Of a stretch of DNA of 40,071 bases, positions 8,576 to 18,026 are shown in pieces (positions within the stretch are counted from its first letter, which is position 1; every line of letters starts with the position of its first letter). The notes beneath the pieces were generated by a model. The model saw only the letters and a program-made list of their open reading frames with translations, had not been told where the DNA came from and searched no databases. Source of the stretch: a virus (lineage: Duplodnaviria; Caudoviricetes); the IMG/VR virus record IMGVR_UViG_3300032272_000037, positions 1 through 40,071 of that record. The stretch is one strand, 5' to 3'. The translations under genes and the position numbers were made by a program.

Positions 8576-9703
8576 CTAGATTCCCGAGTAACGAACACAA
8601 GCATAACCGCGTTTAACATAGCAGCCAGCCGTTGCGTTAGTGTAACCCTCTTCGTAACCCTTCACAGTTGTAACACTATTTAGAGCTTGCATTTTTGAGG
8701 GTACAAGCTGAATAACTGTATTACCGTCGTCAGTTCCAGAGCCAGCAACGTTGATAGCATACATATAAAAAACACTTTCCCCGCCGTTCGCATCTTCAAA
8801 TTCAGGGATAGACTCAACGATTATGTTTGGATAGTTTTTAGTTAACCATTCATTAACAGTCATTCCGTTTGTGAATGATGAATCTGATTCATTCATTAAA
8901 TCTTTGACGCTTGAAGCTACAGCTAATTTGATCGCCATAGATTCAGGATCAACTTGCGAACCTGATTGCTTCCTTAGCGCTGCCGCTGCGGTCACGATAT
9001 CGGTAACACGTTCGGCTACTGTTTTAGTATCCCATTCTGAATTACCGCCACCACCATTAACGACAGTGACAAACGCGGGAAGGTTAGGATCATTTAAGAA
9101 TCCATAAGTCTTATTTGTTCCGCTGTTATATCCGTTAAAAAAGATATCATTTCGCAATATTTCAAATGCAAGGGCAACAGCGGCGCGTTTTTCTTGAGCT
9201 GAGTTAACTTGTGTTTCGCCTGCTCTTGCTTCTTCAAGTTTTTGAACCTGCAAGCCCAATTCAAAGCGTACTATAGTACGGCGATCAAAGGTCTGATTCC
9301 ACGATGTTAGCGGTACGTCTCCGTGGTCTTTGTAAAGCTCTGGTGTTCCAAGATGTTCGAGTATAGTTTGTACTACCTCTTCATCATGCCAGTTTCCAGC
9401 CGTTACAATCGGGGCTAGAACATCGCCACGTCTTGCAGTTGTAAGAATGTGTACAACGCCTTGCAAGAACTCTTGTAGGAATTGTACGGGAGTACCAAGG
9501 GCACCCGTTGTCACTGGGGTAACAATGCCCGCATCCATTGCAATTGTGACAGCGTTTTTAGCAAAACGGCTATCCATGCCAATTCCTAGTCTAGCCAAGG
9601 CTCTTGGGTCTTGTGCCAAAGATTTTAACTGGCTCTCGTCTAAAGCAATGCCGCCCATATCTTTTGAGCTGCGCACTTCACGAGTGTTAATTATTTTAGT
9701 CAT
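8576..9703 (-). CDS. Major capsid protein (DUF2184-like, HK97 fold)
   Basis: 375 aa; YGFLNDPNLP motif; follows the decoration gene and precedes a terminator. Confidence 0.9.
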   Translation of the reverse strand: MTKIINTREVRSSKDMGGIALDESQLKSLAQDPRALARLGIGMDSRFAKNAVTIAMDAGIVTPVTTGALGTPVQFLQEFLQGVVHILTTARRGDVLAPIVTAGNWHDEEVVQTILEHLGTPELYKDHGDVPLTSWNQTFDRRTIVRFELGLQVQKLEEARAGETQVNSAQEKRAAVALAFEILRNDIFFNGYNSGTNKTYGFLNDPNLPAFVTVVNGGGGNSEWDTKTVAERVTDIVTAAAALRKQSGSQVDPESMAIKLAVASSVKDLMNESDSSFTNGMTVNEWLTKNYPNIIVESIPEFEDANGGESVFYMYAINVAGSGTDDGNTVIQLVPSKMQALNSVTTVKGYEEGYTNATAGCYVKRGYACVRYSGI

Positions 9704-9714
9704 TTAATCAGCTC

Positions 9715-10221
9715 CTAAACTGTGGCCGTTGAGTCACCAGCGGCGTCAAGGTAAATAATACCTAAGCCAGCTTGTGACACGTTTTTAATCTGAACAGTGC
9801 CACCCGCAACGCGAGTAAATCCAACTGGTGCCGTAACTGCGGGATTTTCAGTTGCCAATGTTCCATCAGTATCTGAATAGTAAACAAAATCGCCAATTGC
9901 AGCCGCTGCGGGAAGATTTACAATAACGTAACCCTGCAAAATGCACTCGACAGCCGTACCGTTCGGGATAACCGTTTGAGCATCTAAGCCGTTTCTATAC
10001 AAAGCTTTTGGAGTGCCAAGGATACCAGCAAAAATAGCAGAAGTACCAACCGCAACTTGTTCATCTTCACCCGCAACTTGAGTTAGAGCTACACCGATAA
10101 TATTAAGCGCTTCGGATGCAGAAATTAATATTTTTCCGCGCGTTCGCTGTGGCTGGTTTGAATAGAATTCACCCACAACACCAGTGCCAAGCGCTTTATT
10201 TGTTACAATTTTCTGTGTCAT
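9715..10221 (-). CDS. Capsid decoration / cement protein
   Basis: 168 aa beta-rich protein between protease and MCP; GVVGEFY..QPQR and IGDFVYY motifs. Confidence 0.75.
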   Translation of the reverse strand: MTQKIVTNKALGTGVVGEFYSNQPQRTRGKILISASEALNIIGVALTQVAGEDEQVAVGTSAIFAGILGTPKALYRNGLDAQTVIPNGTAVECILQGYVIVNLPAAAAIGDFVYYSDTDGTLATENPAVTAPVGFTRVAGGTVQIKNVSQAGLGIIYLDAAGDSTATV

Positions 10222-10222
10222 G

Positions 10223-11368
10223 TTAAAGCCCCAATGCTTTTAAATATGAATTGTCGGAACTATCTTGAGCATTAGAATCGACAACAAAATTTGGTTGTTG
10301 GCGTGCTGCTAGATAGCCGCTAAGTGTCGCAACTTCTACGCCAGCGTCACAAGAAACACCCATTTTTTCAAGGGCGTATTTAGCGACTGCTTGCTTATCC
10401 ATGTCGGCATGATCAAACGCACCCACAATCACAGAGGCTTTATTTGCCAGCTCGTTTTTTTCTGAGAGCGCTTTCATTACGGAATTAGCATCTACAGCGT
10501 TTGATTTAATGCTTTTTATTTCATCACCTAAAGCCGTAACCGTTTCAGTTAACGCTAGTACTGCCGCATCCATTGCTTTGTCATCTTTTTTGGCAAAAGG
10601 ATTTTCTTTTTTATCCTTCTCCTCATCTTCAGCCTTTTTCTTTTCTTCCGCTTCCATGTCTTCAGCCTTCTTTTTCTCGGCCTCTTCCATATCTTCGGCT
10701 TTTTTCTCAACAGCGCCGATCTTTTCGCTCATTTCATCCATAGCCGTCTTAAATGGAATCATAGCCGCGTCCATAGCTGCCTTTAGTTCTTCTTTGGTCA
10801 TTTTCTCACCACTTGGGTTGTTTTCAAAGTTTAAGTGATCAAGGGCAAACGTTGCCCTATCCATAGCAACAGCAACATCATTACCCATCCGCCCGTTAGG
10901 AACGGATGCCAAGTGATTGCCACGTATTCTAGATTGTATAACTTGGTAGGCTTCGCCGTTAGGCGTAACCCCGTCGATTATTGTCCACAAGCAACCAAAC
11001 CCGCAAGAAAGCTCTTTTAACCCTTCCTTGATAGATTGCTTAAGATTGCTACCGAAAAGCTTTAGATTTGAATATAGCGTTCCATCTCGAAAGTATACAC
11101 TTTCGCCAGTAACGCCTTGAACTCCTACTTTTTCAGCATCGGTATAATTTTCGCCTAGCATCTCATGATACGGTATCCACGGCGCTAGTTTAAAAGATTC
11201 GATAGTTTCAGAGTTGTTTAATTCCTGCTCTGGTCGCCAAACATCATAAATTTTATCTGGCTCTAAATCTGGTGATATATTCTGACCAAGATACTGAAAA
11301 ACTCCACTTTTAGAAATGGGGTTGTCTTTTATCAGTATAAAGCCGTTTTCATCTTCTGTATGTGCCAT
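10223..11368 (-). CDS. Prohead protease / scaffold (DUF2213-like)
   Basis: NPISKSGVFQYLG, KELSCGF and IRGNHLASVPNGRMG motifs; charged helical C-terminal scaffold with KKAED repeats. Confidence 0.88.
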   Translation of the reverse strand: MAHTEDENGFILIKDNPISKSGVFQYLGQNISPDLEPDKIYDVWRPEQELNNSETIESFKLAPWIPYHEMLGENYTDAEKVGVQGVTGESVYFRDGTLYSNLKLFGSNLKQSIKEGLKELSCGFGCLWTIIDGVTPNGEAYQVIQSRIRGNHLASVPNGRMGNDVAVAMDRATFALDHLNFENNPSGEKMTKEELKAAMDAAMIPFKTAMDEMSEKIGAVEKKAEDMEEAEKKKAEDMEAEEKKKAEDEEKDKKENPFAKKDDKAMDAAVLALTETVTALGDEIKSIKSNAVDANSVMKALSEKNELANKASVIVGAFDHADMDKQAVAKYALEKMGVSCDAGVEVATLSGYLAARQQPNFVVDSNAQDSSDNSYLKALGL

Positions 11369-11394
11369 AAAATCACCACGTTTATTATATTGAC

Positions 11395-11422
11395 ATTATA
11401 TAACTAATGTTTTTTATTGCAA
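11395..11422 (-). promoter_or_regulatory. Putative sigma70-like promoter for the capsid genes
   Basis: TTGCAA-16 nt-TATAAT upstream of the protease gene. Confidence 0.55.
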
Positions 11423-11453
11423 ATAACTAGCAATATAAGTTAGCAATCATTCG

Positions 11454-12368
11454 TTAATCAAAAGTTATCACGGGTTCTTTGTAGCATTTGCAGTTAATTA
11501 ACGTACTCGGCTCGCCTCTCTCGCCAGTTTTTGGGTCGATTATAGGCGGGTCGCTTAACTTAAACGTTTGGCCATTCAATGTGTATTTGTGGTAGCTTCT
11601 TGGGTTCTGGCTACCCCCTGCATGACGCCAAATATACTCGTTTAATCCCGCGTCTCTCATTCTAGATGTAGACAATCCAGCGTAAGCCTTTCTAGTTTGG
11701 TCTAGCGCGATATTTTTAGCCTTGTTTTTGTAAGTGGTATATTTGCTCATTAGCATAGAATCGATTGATTCTTTAAGTTGAGTAAAACTTGATGAATTGC
11801 TAGTAATAGAGCGCATAAGAGCTTCTTTAACTTCCGTTGTATAATCTGAAGAAATAGTTTTAATCAGTGACGTTGATTCGTCTGTACTAGCTATAAGTAT
11901 GTCATTTGTTCGCTCGCTTAATGAATCGGTCTTTATTGTGACGCCCCCACTAAGCTTTTCCACTGCTCGCTGTGTGTCTGTCATAGCTTGCTTGTCAACT
12001 GTACTAATCATTTTATCAGTAAAAGACACAGAAAAAAGATTAAAGCTTTTTTGCCATTTATTAATTAACTTATTCATTAAAATTCTAGACTGACTAGAAA
12101 TAGAGGCGTCCATCGCTGAATTTTCAACTGTTATCTCTTTTGGTTTATCGGGTATAGAATTTTTGGCAGTGGTAGTTTTAAATAGGTTTTTAACTTGCCT
12201 AGACACATCCTTGTGCATCTTATAAACCATAGCTTCCGCTTCCTCACCTGCGCGATTAACGGCGGCCTCGTTTACGCGCATAGGCGTACCGCGCAGAGTG
12301 GTTTTTCTTCCCTCTACCCAGTCAGCACGCTTTCTAGTCATGACAAATTTTGTCGGTTCTTTAGCCAT
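11454..12368 (-). CDS. Minor head / head morphogenesis protein (Mu gpF/SPP1 gp7-like)
   Basis: AKNIALDQTRK, YIWRHAG..PRSYH and PSTLINCKC motifs. Confidence 0.85.
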   Translation of the reverse strand: MAKEPTKFVMTRKRADWVEGRKTTLRGTPMRVNEAAVNRAGEEAEAMVYKMHKDVSRQVKNLFKTTTAKNSIPDKPKEITVENSAMDASISSQSRILMNKLINKWQKSFNLFSVSFTDKMISTVDKQAMTDTQRAVEKLSGGVTIKTDSLSERTNDILIASTDESTSLIKTISSDYTTEVKEALMRSITSNSSSFTQLKESIDSMLMSKYTTYKNKAKNIALDQTRKAYAGLSTSRMRDAGLNEYIWRHAGGSQNPRSYHKYTLNGQTFKLSDPPIIDPKTGERGEPSTLINCKCYKEPVITFD

Positions 12369-12373
12369 AGCCG

Positions 12374-13882
12374 TTAAACCTCTTCGCCTATTTCTGTATC
12401 TTCTGTCTCGATAATTTCAGTGGGCATTTCTAAACCTGAATAGCCTGATTGTTTATCGTTTACTAATCGCTGTCTAATGTCGATATTGTCAATCGCCCCC
12501 GTGTTGAATGCTGCCATGTCAGCCTGAGATTTTGAAAAGTTAGTATCTGCAATTTCTTTTTCAGACATAACTTTGATGGGTCGCCAGTTAATATCTATTT
12601 CTAAATCTGATACGCCGAACTCTTTAGCAAGCGCCGATGGTATCAGTCTCGCGTAGTGGGCTTCTGCTATCTCTGTCATATCGTTACCCTGCAACTCTTC
12701 CACGTCTTCTATATAGTTGTCAGAATCCGATTCTCCAGTACTAAACCCTTTTGGCGACACCCCTAGTATTTTAGTGCTTGGTGCGCCAATTATTGAGCAA
12801 ACTAGCTGGTATTGCGTCATGATAACATCATCAAGATCAGCTAAAGATGTTTCTAGCTGGTTGATCTCCTCGTCTTTTCCAACGACTGTCACCCCATAGT
12901 TATCTCTGAACTCGTTAGCTGTTTGGAGACTAGCAACAAATTTAGCTTTGTTAGCCTGCGCTTTTGCCAAATCAGTTTTTCGAACTTGTAGGCGCTTAGT
13001 CATTGCAAGCTGTGGCGCTTCGTTAGCTGTTCTTTCAGCCGCGTAAACTCGCTCATAAATTTTTTGTGTTAAAGGGATGCCGCCGTATCTGTATGTTGGT
13101 TTTAGATAATCAGAAACCTCATCACCGAGCAAAACAACAAAATGAGACTTGTGATATCTCTTACCCTGAATTAACCAAAAAGTCGGCTCATAAAAACCGA
13201 TAGCGGCGGGGTCGACCAAATCAGCGTTATCAAATTCTGGGGTTATCCAGTACGGATCTATTTGTGATATACCCGCATATTTACCGCCCTTAAAAGAGTC
13301 GGCGTTGAACGGTTTTTCATAGTCAAAGTTTGGATCTGTGTGTTTAAATAAAATATGTCGTATGCCAAAGATATTTCTAAACTTTACACCCTCAAACATA
13401 TTCTTTTTAAGTTTGTACTTTTTGTCTAATGCTTCAACGCGCTTAATCTGCTTTGAGCCTATTTCTGTCCCATCGCCAAAACTAAGATCGTAGCCTTTTT
13501 TAACTGCGTCCTTAGCTTTTATTTCACAGCCTTTTGCAACTAGCCAATGTTGAGCTATCAGCGCACAAGCGTAATAACCGATGAAGCTTGACGAGGCTAT
13601 AAAGTAGGATAGCAAATGAGGGTTTGCATTCTCAAAACTTGCTTGATACTGGGCCGCTGAACCTTCGCAACTGTCCATTGCCGCGTTAGTATTGGCGTCC
13701 ATTGCCGCGTTAGTATTGGCGGTAGGCTTAGGCGCTGTACGTTGAATAGCTTTTAAGTTTATATACTCCCATCTTTTTTCCTCCGTGTTTAAGCTCTCCA
13801 AGACATTCAAGGCATCATGATGATCACTTGTTGATTTTGGTTCTCTATCTTTCTTCTTTTTTAATTGTCTTTTGTTGTTCAT
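12374..13882 (-). CDS. Portal protein (DUF1073-like)
   Basis: YERVYAAERTANEAPQLAMTKR, LADLDDVIMTQYQLV and TKILGVSPKGFSTGE motifs; start uncertain (ATG 13882 or TTG 13951). Confidence 0.88.
   Translation of the reverse strand: MNNKRQLKKKKDREPKSTSDHHDALNVLESLNTEEKRWEYINLKAIQRTAPKPTANTNAAMDANTNAAMDSCEGSAAQYQASFENANPHLLSYFIASSSFIGYYACALIAQHWLVAKGCEIKAKDAVKKGYDLSFGDGTEIGSKQIKRVEALDKKYKLKKNMFEGVKFRNIFGIRHILFKHTDPNFDYEKPFNADSFKGGKYAGISQIDPYWITPEFDNADLVDPAAIGFYEPTFWLIQGKRYHKSHFVVLLGDEVSDYLKPTYRYGGIPLTQKIYERVYAAERTANEAPQLAMTKRLQVRKTDLAKAQANKAKFVASLQTANEFRDNYGVTVVGKDEEINQLETSLADLDDVIMTQYQLVCSIIGAPSTKILGVSPKGFSTGESDSDNYIEDVEELQGNDMTEIAEAHYARLIPSALAKEFGVSDLEIDINWRPIKVMSEKEIADTNFSKSQADMAAFNTGAIDNIDIRQRLVNDKQSGYSGLEMPTEIIETEDTEIGEEV
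13673..13720. repeat. Perfect 24-bp tandem duplication in the portal gene (ANTNAAMD x2)
   Basis: gtccattgccgcgttagtattggc occurs twice in tandem. Confidence 0.95.
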
Positions 13883-13993
13883 GAGCAAGCTCTGAGGTTG
13901 ATAATGTTTTGTCAATAATACACTATTTTTTGAATGGTTGAATTTTGCCAATTGTTAATATCTTGTAAACTAATTAGCGGTAGTGATAGTATT

Positions 13994-14032
13994 AAAATAA
14001 AACCCGCTACTAGATAACTTTAGTAGCGGGTT
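13994..14032 (-). terminator. Rho-independent terminator
   Basis: 12-bp stem AACCCGCTACTA/TAGTAGCGGGTT followed by a T-rich tract on the minus strand. Confidence 0.75.
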
Positions 14033-14036
14033 ACTT

Positions 14037-15023
14037 TTAATTAAATGCTTTAATTGTAATTATCATGTCTTCAAATGTAACTACTGAATTGTCAGTTTCC
14101 TCAGTCCAAGCAACAATGAAAAGCTCATCGCCCTGTGCGGCTGCATTTGTTGATGTTTTTCCAACTGGAAAATAAGGAAGTTGAAAAGTCACATCTCTAG
14201 AAGCTCCCTCGCCTCGATTATCATCAACAAATCTAGAAACGTAAGTACCCCCCGCCGTTGTTGAGCCAGCCATTGAAGGTAAGTCCGTTGGATCTCCAAT
14301 TCCAATTCCAATAACTATATTATCACTTGCAGCAAAGCGACACTTTGCAAAGCCATACGTTTCAATAAAACTAATATTTTCAAGAATGTTAAAAGTTCCA
14401 TTTACAGTATTTACAGACATTAAAGAACCAAGGCTAACAGATCCCGCCAGCTTTGCTACATCAACATGAACCATATTTACAGACACTGTAGGATCGGCAG
14501 TTCCAATCACAGTAACTTGTCGCTGCAATTCTGTTAGCGATGTATCTAGCACTAACAAATTAACAGAGTCAGTATTGTTAGAACCCACAACGCCAACTAC
14601 ATCAACAGAGGGAAAAGGCAGCAAAGAAAATCTATCGTTACTATTACTAATTATCGTTAAATCTTTGTTAACTTGACCACTTACAAAGCAAGTAAATGAA
14701 GCACCGTATTTTCCAATTTGTAAGTTATCGAATAAAACAGACTCCTCTCCATTTATGACAACCGCCGAATTAAACCCTAGCTGTTTTAACTGGCAAGTAA
14801 GATTGTCGCTTTTTGATGTGATTATAAATCGGCTCCCGTCTTCCCAGTCTGCCGCATTTATATTTATAGAGTTTAGGCTTACAATTTTAATTTCAGCTAA
14901 GTTGTTTGCCGCTTCAGTTATAAATAGTTCAACATCGTTTTCTATGCTTTTTGATGATGCTGGCAATCCTCCGCCTCCAGCATCACCGCTTAAAACTATC
15001 AAACCCTTATCCGATGTAGGCAT
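14037..15023 (-). CDS. Hypothetical beta-rich protein, possibly virion-associated (head fibre/appendage)
   Basis: 328 aa with a Gly-rich N-terminal linker; located between TerL and portal. Confidence 0.5.
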   Translation of the reverse strand: MPTSDKGLIVLSGDAGGGGLPASSKSIENDVELFITEAANNLAEIKIVSLNSININAADWEDGSRFIITSKSDNLTCQLKQLGFNSAVVINGEESVLFDNLQIGKYGASFTCFVSGQVNKDLTIISNSNDRFSLLPFPSVDVVGVVGSNNTDSVNLLVLDTSLTELQRQVTVIGTADPTVSVNMVHVDVAKLAGSVSLGSLMSVNTVNGTFNILENISFIETYGFAKCRFAASDNIVIGIGIGDPTDLPSMAGSTTAGGTYVSRFVDDNRGEGASRDVTFQLPYFPVGKTSTNAAAQGDELFIVAWTEETDNSVVTFEDMIITIKAFN

Positions 15024-15025
15024 TC

Positions 15026-15295
15026 TTAAACCTCCGCTGGTGTAACGGTTAGTGAAGCATCGTCAGATATAGCGTAGGCCCATAAAAAATTAACGGCTTC
15101 TACCCCCCAGTATGTAAAACTATCACCCAGTTGTGTTTTTCTTGATGTTGGGGTTGCTGGTGTGTGGCCTACTGGGGTTACTGGGGTTTCCGCATAAATC
15201 ACGGTTCCATTTCCTGAAAGATGGAATACTCCCCCTGTCTTATCCGTTGTTGTGATTGCAGTCCAAACTTCTTTATCAAGCTGTATGATGGGCAT
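15026..15295 (-). CDS. Small hypothetical beta-sandwich-like protein
   Basis: 89 aa; GAGG RBS; coupled to the 328-aa gene. Confidence 0.6.
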   Translation of the reverse strand: MPIIQLDKEVWTAITTTDKTGGVFHLSGNGTVIYAETPVTPVGHTPATPTSRKTQLGDSFTYWGVEAVNFLWAYAISDDASLTVTPAEV

Positions 15296-15354
15296 TTTAA
15301 GATCCTCTGTTTGATTAGATAATACTAGCGCGTTTCTATTTTAACAGAAAGTTA

Positions 15355-16905
15355 TCATGACCAATCTAAATCAAAGAAATCTGGTGAGTCAACTTTTCTA
15401 GGGGCGCTAAGCATAACTATCGCATCATTTATGTTCGGTGATTCTTGCCCCGTTCTTTTTTTCATGTTCTCTTTGCTTTCTACTTTCTTTTTGCTGTTAG
15501 CTTCAGACTTTACCCATAGCGCCGTTGACATCTCACGGTTTATTTTGTTCCAAGTATCCTCACATTCAATGTCTATGCTCATCATATCAAGCGGGTCAAT
15601 GTCACGCTCTCCCAACTTTATAAATCTATATGTATTGTATAGTTTCTGCGCTGTAACTCCGTGAGCATGTGCTTTTTGGTTAGAATAAATTTCATAGGGG
15701 GTTTTTTCTGTGCCCTTGATTACTTCGTCGTTTTCGTTTGGTTTTGGTATTGAATCACCCGCATTGAATGGGATGATTTGCATGTCAATTTTTGGGTATT
15801 TATATTCAGTTAAATCATTTTCCCCATCACTAGAAAAAATAGCTTTTGGTAAGCTTTCAATGTCTGTTTCTTTAGTTATTAAAGCAATATCAATACCGTT
15901 TACGTTATCATCAACAAAAACGCTTACCCCGTCACCAAACCCGCCACACTCGTCATAAGTAAATTGCTCGGCATCATTATTGCGAGCCATCATTAAAGCT
16001 CGTCTAGTCGCTTGTCTTAAGTCGGGAGATTTAACCCACTCATCGACATTTTTAACGCAGTTACCATCTGCAAAAACAGCCGCGTTTGCATCCCTTCCTT
16101 GCCCTGCTGGATCATATGCAACTTGTTTAATGCCAGCGTTAATCCATTCAGGATGATTGCTGGCATACCTAGCCGCTTTGAGCCAGTCTTGATCTATTAT
16201 TATTTCCCCTTCAGAACCTGCTGGAATGCCAAGCCATTTGTTTTTATATCGCTTAGGGGGTAACGTTTTTTCGTCATGTTTTCTTTGGCTTTCTAGGAAT
16301 TTTGGAAAATATTTATTGTCTGTGTAATTGCATTCAGTTAATAGTGTTCGACTGGGGGTGTTAACTAACCAAGTCTGCCAAGTTGCGTCTAATTCGCTTG
16401 CAGGGTTAAAGATAACGATTACTATAGCCCTGCCGCTTGTTGGTCTTATTGACGGCAAAAGCTTGTCCCATGATACAGCCGAAACGTTTTCAGCCTCTTC
16501 AACTAAAACAATATCTACATTTGCAATAGATTTTAGGTTGTTAATGTTTTTCTTCAATCCTTTAAATACGTATTTACTCCCGTTTTTTGCAACTATTTTA
16601 TCCTCTGTTATTTTAAAAAAGTGGTGCAAGTCTAGTTCATCAATGCAAGTTTCTATTTCCGCTTTGACTGACTCGCTAATAGACTCCTGAAACTCACGAG
16701 TAACAAGAACCCTAACCCGCCTAATGGTGGACTCTAGTACTATGGCTTTTATCTTATCTTTGGTTTTTCCTCCTCCTCGACCCCCATAATCCACAAAGTA
16801 ATCATACAGAGAACTAAAAAAAGATCTTTCTTGCATGATGATATTTGAATCAGTGTTATATGCAGGTGAGAAGACTTTTTGCGGGGAAAAGTGAAGCTTA
16901 CTCAT
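15355..16905 (-). CDS. terL: Terminase large subunit (PBSX/Terminase_3-like)
   Basis: Walker A GGRGGGKT, TREFQESISESV, Walker B IVLVEEAE, IFNP, and nuclease motifs AYDPAG and SPNINDA. Confidence 0.93.
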   Translation of the reverse strand: MSKLHFSPQKVFSPAYNTDSNIIMQERSFFSSLYDYFVDYGGRGGGKTKDKIKAIVLESTIRRVRVLVTREFQESISESVKAEIETCIDELDLHHFFKITEDKIVAKNGSKYVFKGLKKNINNLKSIANVDIVLVEEAENVSAVSWDKLLPSIRPTSGRAIVIVIFNPASELDATWQTWLVNTPSRTLLTECNYTDNKYFPKFLESQRKHDEKTLPPKRYKNKWLGIPAGSEGEIIIDQDWLKAARYASNHPEWINAGIKQVAYDPAGQGRDANAAVFADGNCVKNVDEWVKSPDLRQATRRALMMARNNDAEQFTYDECGGFGDGVSVFVDDNVNGIDIALITKETDIESLPKAIFSSDGENDLTEYKYPKIDMQIIPFNAGDSIPKPNENDEVIKGTEKTPYEIYSNQKAHAHGVTAQKLYNTYRFIKLGERDIDPLDMMSIDIECEDTWNKINREMSTALWVKSEANSKKKVESKENMKKRTGQESPNINDAIVMLSAPRKVDSPDFFDLDWS

Positions 16906-17368
16906 CTACTGACGCCGCGATATTCCCCCAAGGAGTTAGATTTTCTTTTTCTGAAACTTCGACTTGTTTTGGTGCTTCGTAACCCGCTAGCTCGGCCAAT
17001 TGCTTCATAGCCTTTAATTTCACATCAAACCCCCCTTTTAGCTCTGTAAGCACCGCTATGCCGTTTCCTTCCACTTGAGGGGTAGTAACCCTAGCGACCA
17101 CAGTTAAATCCTTAAGCATCTCGTCACGACTCATAATGGCAGGATTTACCACATGGTTAGCCATAGAGTTAATAAAACTCCTCACCTTAATATTTCTTAA
17201 GATCTGACTTACACTGGCCTCCATAGATTTTACGGTCTTAGATTTACCTTTTGATTTTTTGTAAGACTCAATATCATTCATGCCTGAAATTGAATTCAGT
17301 GATATCTCTTTTTGTAGCGGGGTTAGCTCGTTAAATAGGTCTTCTTGCTCTTTATTCATTTCAAACAT
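16898..17368 (-). CDS. terS: Terminase small subunit
   Basis: Immediately upstream of terL; HTH-like N-terminus, IMSRDEMLKDL and KLKAMKQLAELAGYEAP motifs. Confidence 0.8.
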   Translation of the reverse strand: MFEMNKEQEDLFNELTPLQKEISLNSISGMNDIESYKKSKGKSKTVKSMEASVSQILRNIKVRSFINSMANHVVNPAIMSRDEMLKDLTVVARVTTPQVEGNGIAVLTELKGGFDVKLKAMKQLAELAGYEAPKQVEVSEKENLTPWGNIAASVDE

Positions 17369-17427
17369 GTTTACGCCTTAACATATTTTTATAATTGCAC
17401 TGTGGATAGTTAACTAAGATGCTGATT

Positions 17428-17658
17428 TTAATTGCCTTTGCAATTATCGATTATTCTTGATTGTTTATCAATTAAGTCAATTATACGGAATAAATCGTTA
17501 TCTAGCAGCTTATCGATATCTTTGTTTGACAGGGGAATGTATGGGACGGTAGAGCAAGTCGTTTCAATTACTGTTACCGTCCTTGTTTGCACGCTCCCGC
17601 ATCCTGTCAACAACGACGCCGCGGCTATCATTGCTAGATAGTATTCTACTGGCTGCAT
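17428..17658 (-). CDS. Outer-membrane spanin (Rz1-like lipoprotein)
   Basis: Lipobox LLTGC after a hydrophobic signal; overlaps the i-spanin 3' end in another frame. Confidence 0.72.
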   Translation of the reverse strand: MQPVEYYLAMIAAASLLTGCGSVQTRTVTVIETTCSTVPYIPLSNKDIDKLLDNDLFRIIDLIDKQSRIIDNCKGN

Positions 17659-17857
17659 TAGCCTTCCTTATTTCTGCTTTTTGCCTGTCTATTGCATCTA
17701 TTAAAATAATAGCTTCGGATTCTTTTTTTATTATCTCGTCTTTTTGCTTTTTAATCGTGTTCTCTTGCGATTTAGAGCGAAACCCGAAATATGCAGCCGC
17801 TATACTTAGCAGAGCTATGGCGTAGGGCGCTATAGAGCCTGTAATAAAATCAATCAT
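17564..17857 (-). CDS. Inner-membrane spanin (Rz-like)
   Basis: N-terminal TM (IAPYAIALLSIAAAYFGF) then coiled coil; start re-assigned to ATG 17857. Confidence 0.72.
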   Translation of the reverse strand: MIDFITGSIAPYAIALLSIAAAYFGFRSKSQENTIKKQKDEIIKKESEAIILIDAIDRQKAEIRKANAASRILSSNDSRGVVVDRMRERANKDGNSN

Positions 17858-18026
17858 GCTTTTGCTTGTAGAATTGAGTTGCAGCAACAAGCACGGCACA
17901 GGCGCACATTATCTTTGCAGTTAATGGCCCAGTCATTCCCATGTCAGGGATGTAAATCATTGCGGCACTAGTAGCTACAGCTAGACCGTTAGCCCAAGTG
18001 GATAATCTCTTGTGAAACTTTATCAT
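17850..18026 (-). CDS. Putative holin/antiholin, 58 aa, two TM segments (not in the ORF track)
   Basis: MIKFHKRLSTWANGLAVATSAAMIYIPDMGMTGPLTAKIMCACAVLVAATQFYKQKHD; start overlaps the endolysin stop (ATGA). Confidence 0.68.
   Translation of the reverse strand: MIKFHKRLSTWANGLAVATSAAMIYIPDMGMTGPLTAKIMCACAVLVAATQFYKQKHD

Noticed and set aside
10610-10710. KKAED(M)E repeats in the scaffold considered as a non-coding repeat array
   Set aside because: Degenerate in-frame ~30-nt coding repeats typical of scaffold coiled coils
12374-13951. Possible anti-CBASS (Acb1) label sometimes attached to DUF1073 proteins
   Set aside because: Size, motifs and position ahead of the gpF-like gene indicate a portal; no phosphodiesterase domain was evident
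15780-15900. Extra ~35-aa segment in the TerL nuclease domain considered as an intein or intron
   Set aside because: Too short, lacks intein terminal motifs, and the frame is uninterrupted
1947-17825. Many plus-strand ORFs in the track (e.g. 4286-4675, 10509-10838, 16328-16690) and similar antisense ORFs elsewhere
   Set aside because: They are antisense shadows of well-supported genes, with no recognisable motifs
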